Part shown: piece by piece, positions 1 to 6,626 of the stretch
Numbering within the stretch: the first letter of the stretch is position 1
Layout of the letters: the number at the start of each line of letters is the position of its first letter
Source of the DNA: Candidatus Hydrogenedentota bacterium
GTDB lineage: Bacteria; Hydrogenedentota; Hydrogenedentia; Hydrogenedentales; SLHB01
Direction of reading: 5' to 3'
Assembly: GCA_029974275.1 (NCBI GenBank)
Contig: JARKSN010000271.1
Location: 1-22,096 of the forward strand
Length of the DNA stretch: 22,096 nucleotides
Made by a program: the position numbers and the translations under genes
Notes under the pieces: model-generated
Database searches by the model: none
The model's input: the letters and a program-made list of their open reading frames with translations, nothing else
Told to the model about the DNA's origin: nothing

Positions 1-181
1 CTTTGTAGCGCCCGGTCTCCGTGCCGGGCGTGCTTTATCGCGAGCGCCTAGGCGCTATTGACGCAACCCGGATCAGAAAGCCTAAACCAGCTTTTTTTGT
101 CTTCATCCTTCAAGCCGCTCAACCCCATGCATCAGTCAATACCCTCAGACTCCCCCGGCACAGAGACCGGGCGCTACAAAG
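1..181. repeat. REPIN-like unit: two inverted GTAG-type REP sequences (5-30 and 152-177)
   Basis: 5-30 = GTAG CGCCCGG tctccgtg CCGGGCG (GTAG foot plus hairpin). 152-181 is its near-perfect reverse complement including the flanking ctttgtag. An identical REP is at 6520-6545. Confidence 0.8.
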
Positions 182-207
182 ACGTGATTTGACGCACACT
201 TCCACGT

Positions 208-1950
208 TCAGTCCACGTGATACTCCGAATCAACTCCCACCGCCTTCGAATCCAATCGGAACTGACGCAACGCCGACTCCCGTTCCTGTCCCGACACCAT
301 GAACGACACCGGATCATTCACCGACCGAACCGGCGACGTCAGCGCCGCCGTCGTCCGCACCTTGCGCCCCGTGAAACGATGCGTGACCTCCTTCACGCGC
401 CCGAACATCGTTCCCGCGAACCGCCCGCTCCATTCCCCGGGCAGCGCCCTGTCCATTCTGCGCACAGGCCCGCCGACGATCCGAAGGAAATCGCCCACCT
501 CCACATCCGCATCCCCATTCAAAAACGTCACGCCGCCGTCCAACTCGGGATACGCCACATCATTCAACACTTGCTCCGCAAGAACGTCCGCGTCTTCCAA
601 CAAATCGATCGCATACAACGGAAAACTCCTGCCGCGATAACCATACGCATCAACGCTCTCCCCCCGCACATAGGTCTTCGCCAGCCCTCCCGCCAGCGGA
701 TTCGTCTTGAAATAGAGAGCATTCGCAACGCCGCCCGACGCGGACCCCAACGTAACCCCAACCTCGCGCGCATCGTAAGGCACCGCCCGCGCACGCCCCG
801 CAAGCGTCCAATGAAACCGAACCCGCAAATCCGTTCCGACCGACCACGTAGCGCCGCGGGCGCAATACGCCAACGCCGTAATCGCCTCGTACGCCCCCCC
901 CTCCACGCGAAACCGCGTCACCACCTCGCCCGGCGATTCCGTCGAATCCTCATTCACCCCCGTATACGAAAAATAATCCTTCAGCCCCATCTCCGGCGCA
1001 TGATACTTTCCATCCTCGTACAAATAGACATCCGCCGCCCCCTTCTCCACCATCGCCGCGTTAAAACACTCTCCGCCGCCATACACAAGCCCGACATACC
1101 GCCCATGCGCATCCACGCGATCGTCGTACGCACCATCCTCGCTCCGATGCGGATTCAGCTCGATGAACGCAATGCCCTTCTCATCCATCAACGCCTGCAA
1201 CGCCGCCGTTGCCGCATCGGCCCGAACCTTATAGGCCGACAGCGCGTAAAACATCGGCGGAATGTATTGCAACTCCGGATGCCGCTTGATCGCGTGACTG
1301 TTCAGCGACGTCTCCTCGGCGTCGATCATCATCAGACGAATATCCGGCCACGCCGCCCCATCCACCTTCACGCCCGCGATCGTGTCCCCATCCTTCGCGT
1401 ACGCGCCGCTCACATCAAGACGGGACCCGCCGACCCATTGCCCCTGCGAAACGCCACCCACCTCCAATTCATTGTCCGGCCGCTTGCGCGCCAAAAACTT
1501 CCCATACTCGCGCTGCGCCCCATCGGGATACGCCGCATGCGCCACCGTATAATGCAGACGCCCCGGCGTCCGGTTGATGATGTCCCGCACGATTGTCCCC
1601 ACATCACGATAGCTATACGTGCACCTGACATCGCCATCCCCATACCTCGCCGGACGCTCCGCCTCGAACGCGATCAACTCGCGGAAATTCACGTACCGAT
1701 CCAATATGAGCCGCTTCATGTCGCCCCAATGCGGCGTCACCCGCGTCACCTCCGCCTCGCAAAACAACTTCCCCTCGACCAACACCCGCACGCGATAGCC
1801 ATGCCCAAGCTGCTCCGCGCCAGCAGGCAACAACCCGCGAATCCGGTCCGGACGATCCGGCATCGTCCGCACCGCCTCCAACAACGGCGTCTCGTCATAC
1901 GCGCCGACCCGCAGCCCCCCCGCGTCATACACCTCGATCCGGTAATTCAC
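208..1950 (-). CDS. Phage baseplate hub/Tal-like tail protein (580 aa)
   Basis: Last visible gene of the virion operon, directly after the Dit-like gene. GTG start with AGGAGGGAG upstream. N-term 'YRIEVYD..G' and C-term 'ESVDAYG..', 'VEVGDFLRI', 'GRVKEVTHRF' resemble hub/Tal proteins. Confidence 0.6.
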   Translation of the reverse strand: MNYRIEVYDAGGLRVGAYDETPLLEAVRTMPDRPDRIRGLLPAGAEQLGHGYRVRVLVEGKLFCEAEVTRVTPHWGDMKRLILDRYVNFRELIAFEAERPARYGDGDVRCTYSYRDVGTIVRDIINRTPGRLHYTVAHAAYPDGAQREYGKFLARKRPDNELEVGGVSQGQWVGGSRLDVSGAYAKDGDTIAGVKVDGAAWPDIRLMMIDAEETSLNSHAIKRHPELQYIPPMFYALSAYKVRADAATAALQALMDEKGIAFIELNPHRSEDGAYDDRVDAHGRYVGLVYGGGECFNAAMVEKGAADVYLYEDGKYHAPEMGLKDYFSYTGVNEDSTESPGEVVTRFRVEGGAYEAITALAYCARGATWSVGTDLRVRFHWTLAGRARAVPYDAREVGVTLGSASGGVANALYFKTNPLAGGLAKTYVRGESVDAYGYRGRSFPLYAIDLLEDADVLAEQVLNDVAYPELDGGVTFLNGDADVEVGDFLRIVGGPVRRMDRALPGEWSGRFAGTMFGRVKEVTHRFTGRKVRTTAALTSPVRSVNDPVSFMVSGQERESALRQFRLDSKAVGVDSEYHVD

Positions 1951-1969
1951 GCCGCTCCCCTCCTGCTCG

Positions 1970-2656
1970 CTACCACCAACGTCCGCGATACGCTATGCTC
2001 AAATTCATCTGATGCGAACTCCCCGCATCATCCACATACGTCAACGTCGTGCCGCCTGGCGCAATCTCCGGAAACTCCCCGCTCGTGAACGGCGTGATAT
2101 CGCCCCCCGCCATGGTCACCCGCCGCCCCGCGCCATCCACGACCAGCGTCAGCCCCGGCACAAAAACCCCCTGCGCCGCCAACGTCCGCACCCCATCGCT
2201 CAACTGCCACGACACCACCGGAGCCGCCGGATTCATCGTTATCACCGGACGCGCCGGAGCATTCCCCTGCGTCGTCAACGCCAACGTCGCGCCGCTTGCC
2301 GTCACGCCCCACATCACCGTCGTTACCGCCGTCGACTCCTCGAACGGATCCCGCGCCCCCAGCGTCATCTTGAACGCCCCCACCAACCGCTCGCGCGACA
2401 CCTCCCGCGTGAACGCCTCGCGACGCACCCACAACCGCCGTCCCGCGCGCAACGACAACGCCGTCGCATAATCCTCCGCCGACGCCAACGCCAACAACGC
2501 ATCCAACCGCGCCTCGATCGCCGCCGTCGTCGACTCGCCCGCAATCACCCCCGTCAACTCCACGATCCGCTCGTCGCGCCCGCCAACCTCTTCATAACAT
2601 TCCTTCACGCTCGTGAGCGTCTCATCCAGCGTCAACGTCCCCAACATGATGGCCAC
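1970..2656 (-). CDS. Distal tail (Dit)-like phage tail protein (228 aa)
   Basis: Siphophage Dit-like motifs: 'F.MTLGARDPF', 'TQGNAPARPVIT', 'LVVDG..RRVT', 'GEFPEIAPGGTTLTY', and C-terminal 'YRGRWW'. Position in the operon fits. Confidence 0.7.
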   Translation of the reverse strand: MAIMLGTLTLDETLTSVKECYEEVGGRDERIVELTGVIAGESTTAAIEARLDALLALASAEDYATALSLRAGRRLWVRREAFTREVSRERLVGAFKMTLGARDPFEESTAVTTVMWGVTASGATLALTTQGNAPARPVITMNPAAPVVSWQLSDGVRTLAAQGVFVPGLTLVVDGAGRRVTMAGGDITPFTSGEFPEIAPGGTTLTYVDDAGSSHQMNLSIAYRGRWW

Positions 2657-2659
2657 GGC

Positions 2660-3073
2660 TCACCCCTCCCCCAGCACGCGCCGCGTCGGCGTTGCATCCA
2701 GACCCGCACGCGTGCCTCGATCGCGCAGATACGGCCCCAACGCCTCCCATGCCTGGCATTCAAACCCTGCCGCCAATGCCCGCAGCGACGCGAATCGATT
2801 GCCGCTCGCCACACGCTGCCCCCCAACAACAACATCCTTCTGATCAAATGCCTCCTTTGCCGCAAGCGACCGCAACAAATACGCACCCGCCAAAAGCGTC
2901 TCGCCCAACGCCAATCCATCCGCCGGCGTCCCGCTCCCATGCCGCGGATCGAGCCACCGCCCAATCACCGTGTGCGCATCCGCAATCGCCATCAACACCA
3001 AGCCCTGCGGCGCCAACGCCGTATCCGTCAGCCGCAACCGCGCCCGCACCCCATCCTCCGTCGCAAATGCCAT
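2660..3073 (-). CDS. Head-tail adaptor/connector-like protein (137 aa)
   Basis: Follows the major capsid gene. 'MAFATEDGVRARL...AIADAHTVIGRWL' and terminal 'LGPYL' are typical of gp6/gp15-type adaptors. Start set at ATG 3073 (GGGAGAG upstream) because the longer ORF runs into a REP. Confidence 0.65.
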   Translation of the reverse strand: MAFATEDGVRARLRLTDTALAPQGLVLMAIADAHTVIGRWLDPRHGSGTPADGLALGETLLAGAYLLRSLAAKEAFDQKDVVVGGQRVASGNRFASLRALAAGFECQAWEALGPYLRDRGTRAGLDATPTRRVLGEG

Positions 3074-3085
3074 GTCCGCTCTCCC

Positions 3086-3111
3086 GTAGCGCCCGACTCC
3101 CATGTCGGGCG
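3086..3111 (+). repeat. GTAG-type REP variant
   Basis: GTAG CGCCCGAC tcccat GTCGGGCG, followed by tcttcc as in the copy at 6520. Confidence 0.75.
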
Positions 3112-3124
3112 TCTTCCGCTAAAA

Positions 3125-3312
3125 TTCGCCACAAAGGCACAAAGAACTCAGAGATTCACAAAAAGAAGAACAAATCACAGATGAACACAGATAAGAGCGA
3201 ATGCAGATATTCTTCTCTGCGAACTCAGCGGGCTTCTCCGCGCCTCTGCGTTAAAAACTCTTCGCTCTTTCTTCCTTTGTGCCTTCGTCCTTGTGCGCTT
3301 TGCGCTAAAACT
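3125..3312. repeat. Composite heptamer-array repeat (CACAAAG/CGCAGAG family, as flanking GxxExxY)
   Basis: CACAAAG-like units at 3130, 3138, 3147, 3157; CACAGATGAACACAGAT near 3176-3192; inverted CTCTGCG-like units at 3215-3250 and CTTTGTG-like units at about 3275-3305. Confidence 0.7.
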
Positions 3313-3324
3313 CTTTCCCGTCTT

Positions 3325-3356
3325 CGGCGGGACGCAGCCCACGCCACGTCCCGCCG
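3325..3356 (-). terminator. GC-rich stem-loop just after the capsid stop codon (mRNA stabiliser or weak terminator)
   Basis: Perfect 10-bp arms CGGCGGGACG (3325-3334) and CGTCCCGCCG (3347-3356). No immediate U-tract. Confidence 0.4.
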
Positions 3357-3367
3357 TCCCCGCTCGC

Positions 3368-4417
3368 TTACGACCAATCGCTCTGCACCACCACGCGCGC
3401 CTTCTCGTAGATCACCGCGAAATCCGTCACGACCGTCAAATACGTGCGGTCCCACTGCTGGTTGATCAGCTTGTCGCTCTCGACCAACAAGTCCTGCTCC
3501 GTCAGCTTCTCCACCGCATAGCCCGCGTCCAGGATCGTCAACTTGTTCGCCGGCTGGTCCGCCAACGGCACGAGCTTCACCCCGACCGGCGTCGGCAGAT
3601 TGCCCGACTTCGCGAAGTCAAAAAGCGCCGAATCCTTGAACTCATCGAGCTGCAGGATCGTCTGCGCCAACGCCCCGTTCGCCAGCATGTGCGTCGGCGT
3701 GAAATAGTGGTCCATCGTCAGCTTCATGAAGCCCGACAAAATGTCCCCGTACGTCCACGTGTTCGCCGTCGCCGTGTTCACCGTCGCCGCCGCCGTGCCG
3801 CTGCCCGAGTTGTCCCCGCTCACCAACACCTGCGCCAGCCGCGCATCGAGGTTGCGCCCAAGACGCTCGCCAATGCGCTGCAAATGCACCCGCAGCATAT
3901 CCACCGACATCCGGCGCACCACCTCATACGACGCCACCACCCCGCGCCCCTTCTTGTCAAGACGCACAATGCGATCGCCGTACGTGATCTCCGACTCCGG
4001 AATCGCCGCGCCTTCCGCAACGCTCCGCAATTCCTCTTCCGCCGCGTTCTCCTCGACATACGGCACGTCATACGCCGTGCCCTCGATCGGCGTATCGCGG
4101 ATGATCAACTCCCGGTACACCGGCTTCCGCTTCATCCCGCTGACCACCGCCTCGCGCACCATGTCCGGGAACAACCACTTCGCGTTCGCATCCGACTGGA
4201 AGAACCGATCCACCGTGATCCGATTCACATCCACCCCAAACTCCTGCGCGCAGTAATCCTGCAAGTTCGTCCCCAGCGCACGGAAATACTGCCCATACGA
4301 CAAGCCCAGCCCCTGCAGCGTGTCGTACAAATCGCGCCCACGCGTCTGCCGCAGCTTCTCCGGGTCGCGACTCAAGAATCCAACCCGCTCCTTCACCATA
4401 TCCTCGCGATATCCCAT
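3368..4417 (-). CDS. Major capsid protein, HK97 fold (349 aa)
   Basis: 'LFPDMVREAV', 'VAEGAAIPESEITYG...VRLDKKGRGVVASYEVVRRMSVD', 'ESDKLINQQW...DFAVI..KA' are phage MCP motifs. ATG 4417 with AAGGAAAGGG upstream. Confidence 0.9.
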   Translation of the reverse strand: MGYREDMVKERVGFLSRDPEKLRQTRGRDLYDTLQGLGLSYGQYFRALGTNLQDYCAQEFGVDVNRITVDRFFQSDANAKWLFPDMVREAVVSGMKRKPVYRELIIRDTPIEGTAYDVPYVEENAAEEELRSVAEGAAIPESEITYGDRIVRLDKKGRGVVASYEVVRRMSVDMLRVHLQRIGERLGRNLDARLAQVLVSGDNSGSGTAAATVNTATANTWTYGDILSGFMKLTMDHYFTPTHMLANGALAQTILQLDEFKDSALFDFAKSGNLPTPVGVKLVPLADQPANKLTILDAGYAVEKLTEQDLLVESDKLINQQWDRTYLTVVTDFAVIYEKARVVVQSDWS

Positions 4418-4449
4418 CGTCTTCCCTTTCCTTGCTACAACGACCGCCA

Positions 4450-4830
4450 TTACAACAGCACATGCACCTGCGTTGCCGACGTGTCCACCTTCACATTGAC
4501 GCCCTTGCCCGAACCCGACGCCGGAGCCTTCACGCTGCCCCCCGTCGCCGACGCAACAACGCCCGTCGCGCCGTCCACCGTCGGAGCCGTGCCCGTGTAC
4601 GCGAAAATCGCAATCCCGCGCACCTTCACCGGAATCGCCGCGCCGTTCGTCGCCGCCGCCGCCAACGCCTGACCAAACACCGTGTCCTCCGCGCTCGTTG
4701 CATTGTCCACCGTGTACGCCCCCGTCAACTTCACCGCATCGCCCTTCGCGATGTTCACCGTCCCCGATGCCGGCGTCCGGCACGTGATCACCAATTCCGT
4801 CACCGCTCCACCCAAATCGCCAAAAGCCAT
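4450..4830 (-). CDS. Capsid cement/decoration protein, DUF2190-like (126 aa)
   Basis: Small Ala/Gly/Thr/Val-rich beta protein ('IAKGDAVKL', 'FGQALAAAATNGAAIPVKVRG') just upstream of the MCP. AGGAG RBS. Confidence 0.75.
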   Translation of the reverse strand: MAFGDLGGAVTELVITCRTPASGTVNIAKGDAVKLTGAYTVDNATSAEDTVFGQALAAAATNGAAIPVKVRGIAIFAYTGTAPTVDGATGVVASATGGSVKAPASGSGKGVNVKVDTSATQVHVLL

Positions 4831-4882
4831 CGCTCGTTCTCCTTTTTCTGCGCACGATTCGTATCGCGCGCCGTTGTGTTCG

Positions 4883-5584
4883 CTACTCCCGCGCGATCGT
4901 CAACGCCGACTCCCGCCGCGTATCCTCGCGCTCCCCTTCCAACCGTTCCGGTCGCGACACCGGCAACGGCGGATACTTCGCGTCGAACCGCACCTCATAC
5001 GCCCGCAACTGCGCATGAATCTCATCCAACGAAAGCCCCGCCAACGCCCGACGCCACACGCCTTCATCGAACGCCGCCCCATCCAACTCACGTCCCAGCC
5101 CGCACAACCGCGAGATAGCCCGCCCGCGCGCCGTCAAGCCATCCACCACCAACCGCGCCGCTTCATCCGCGCTTGCGCCGGCCTCATTCAACGCCACCGC
5201 AACCGCACGCACCACATGCGCCGGCAATCCCGCCTGTTGTTCCACGCGCACAAACACCAGCCCCCTCTCCCCCCGCAACCACAACGCCTTCCGCCCGCGC
5301 GACCGCTCGACCCATAGATACGTCCCCGCGTCCTCGCGCACCGCATCCCCGTCCTGCTCCAACCAACGCACCGAATGCGGCCCCTTCTCGACGCCCCAGG
5401 CCTCCTCTTCCAGCGTCGTCGCGTCGATCCGCCAGCCCATCAAATGCCCGTCCTGTTCCAGGCGCAGATCCAGATGCGGCCCTTCCTCGTCGCGATGCCG
5501 ATGCAGCACAAAGCGCCCGTCCACCCGGTCACTCAAGCCTTCCGGCCACTCCCTGCGCACTTCACTCGTAATCTTGAAGAACAT
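4883..5584 (-). CDS. LigD 3'-phosphoesterase (PE)-like domain fused to a helical, scaffold-like C-terminus (233 aa)
   Basis: 'RFVLHRH.....PHLDLRLEQDGHLMGWRI', 'GPHSVRW' and 'DAGTY' match the LigD_N pattern (FVvQkH...lHyDfRLE.dGvL.SWav; dH...Y; wD.GtY). ATG 5584 with GAGG upstream, 8 nt after the previous stop. Confidence 0.7.
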   Translation of the reverse strand: MFFKITSEVRREWPEGLSDRVDGRFVLHRHRDEEGPHLDLRLEQDGHLMGWRIDATTLEEEAWGVEKGPHSVRWLEQDGDAVREDAGTYLWVERSRGRKALWLRGERGLVFVRVEQQAGLPAHVVRAVAVALNEAGASADEAARLVVDGLTARGRAISRLCGLGRELDGAAFDEGVWRRALAGLSLDEIHAQLRAYEVRFDAKYPPLPVSRPERLEGEREDTRRESALTIARE

Positions 5585-5592
5585 CCCGCACC

Positions 5593-5790
5593 TCACAGCG
5601 TCCGCAGCACCTGCTGCAACAACGTCATCGCCACGCCCACCAGATTCGCCACCAACAACATCACCCCGCGCCCCACCGTCGCCTCGATGCCGCGCACACG
5701 CCCCTTCAATTCCTCCAGCCCATTCGTCAATCCACGCAACTCCGCTTCGAGCGCCAAATGATACGCACACGCCGGCTCATCCCGATTCAT
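5593..5790 (-). CDS. Small coiled-coil protein with C-terminal transmembrane helix (65 aa; XhlA/holin-like architecture)
   Basis: GGAGGAGG RBS; fills the operon gap exactly. Heptad-like 'LEAELRGLTNGLEELKGRVRGIE', then hydrophobic 'GVMLLVANLVGVAMTLL'. Confidence 0.7.
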   Translation of the reverse strand: MNRDEPACAYHLALEAELRGLTNGLEELKGRVRGIEATVGRGVMLLVANLVGVAMTLLQQVLRTL

Positions 5791-5802
5791 CGCGCCTCCT
5801 CC

Positions 5803-6495
5803 CTACTCCTCGTTCCACGCACCCCGAGGCCACAACTCGACCGGCTCGTGATACGCCCGCCGCGCCCGCTCCAACGCCTCCCGCAACGGCAACCCCCGCT
5901 CCTGCTGCTGCACAAACGTCGTCCCCTGCGAACCCGCCGGCACCACCGACCCCTCGATCACCTCCAGCACGTCCCGCATCACGTAGTGACACAACGCATC
6001 CCCATACGACCGCCCCGGCACGTGATCGCACGTCCGCAAATCGCGCCCACAGACCGAGCACTCCGGCGTCTGGAACGAAAACCCAATCGAGGTTTCCCGA
6101 TACACCCCACCCTCGATATTCAGAATAAAATCCTCATTGTCCCGCGTCCGCAGCACATACACATCCGGACGCACCGTCACCCGCTCATCGTCCCGATGCA
6201 CACACGACCGAAAGAACGTCCCACGCGGCAACGACCCACGCAAATCATGCCGTTCCATCAACGGACGCCCCGGCGTCATCGCATTGATCTTTTCCAATTC
6301 CTCTTCCGGGAACCGGCTGAAATGGCGGTCAATCTGGTTGTGGCACAAGTCCAACGTAAACGCCGCAAACTCGTCCCGTCCCAACGGGCGCAACGCATAG
6401 CGATTCACCGCCGTGATCAACTCGCCATCCCCCACCCCTTCCCGCCGCGCCACAATCGCTCCGTCATGCCGAAACACAAACGCCCCAAGCTCCAT
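5803..6495 (-). CDS. Prohead maturation protease-like protein with Cys/His cluster (230 aa)
   Basis: Follows the portal. 'LMERHD', 'IEGGVYRETSIGF' and 'EGSVVPAGSQ' match HK97/herpes-type protease motifs. Contains CSVC...CDH...C. ATG 6495 with AGGAGG. Confidence 0.75.
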   Translation of the reverse strand: MELGAFVFRHDGAIVARREGVGDGELITAVNRYALRPLGRDEFAAFTLDLCHNQIDRHFSRFPEEELEKINAMTPGRPLMERHDLRGSLPRGTFFRSCVHRDDERVTVRPDVYVLRTRDNEDFILNIEGGVYRETSIGFSFQTPECSVCGRDLRTCDHVPGRSYGDALCHYVMRDVLEVIEGSVVPAGSQGTTFVQQQERGLPLREALERARRAYHEPVELWPRGAWNEE

Positions 6496-6519
6496 CACCC
6501 CTCCTCTCGCACACTCTTG

Positions 6520-6545
6520 GTAGCGCCCGGTCTCCGTGCCGGGCG
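6520..6545 (+). repeat. GTAG-type REP, identical to 5-30
   Basis: gtagcgcccggtctccgtgccgggcg, exact match. Confidence 0.85.
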
Positions 6546-6574
6546 TCTTCCCTTCTCTTCTATTCCCTTCTCTT

Positions 6575-6615
6575 CCCTTTGTGAACCTTTGTGTCCTTTG
6601 TGCCTTTGTGGTGAA
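6575..6615 (-). repeat. Heptamer-array repeat (4 x CACAAAG on minus strand)
   Basis: CTTTGTG at 6577, 6587, 6596, 6604; an inverted relative of 3125-3165. Confidence 0.75.
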
Positions 6616-6626
6616 TCTTCTCTTCC

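Noticed and set aside
217..2088. Long plus-strand ORFs (217-2088, 2012-3184, 3293-4672, 5758-6924, 8072-9910, 14798-16501, 16473-17681, 18929-20062)
   Set aside because: Arg/His/Pro-rich antisense shadows of recognisable minus-strand genes, expected from high GC and strand bias; no motifs.
3368..4417. Encapsulin nanocompartment interpretation of the HK97-fold gene
   Set aside because: Portal, protease, adaptor and baseplate-like genes are co-encoded, which encapsulin operons lack.
4883..5584. A ligD gene or NHEJ locus
   Set aside because: Only the PE-like domain is present; no ligase, polymerase or Ku in the window.
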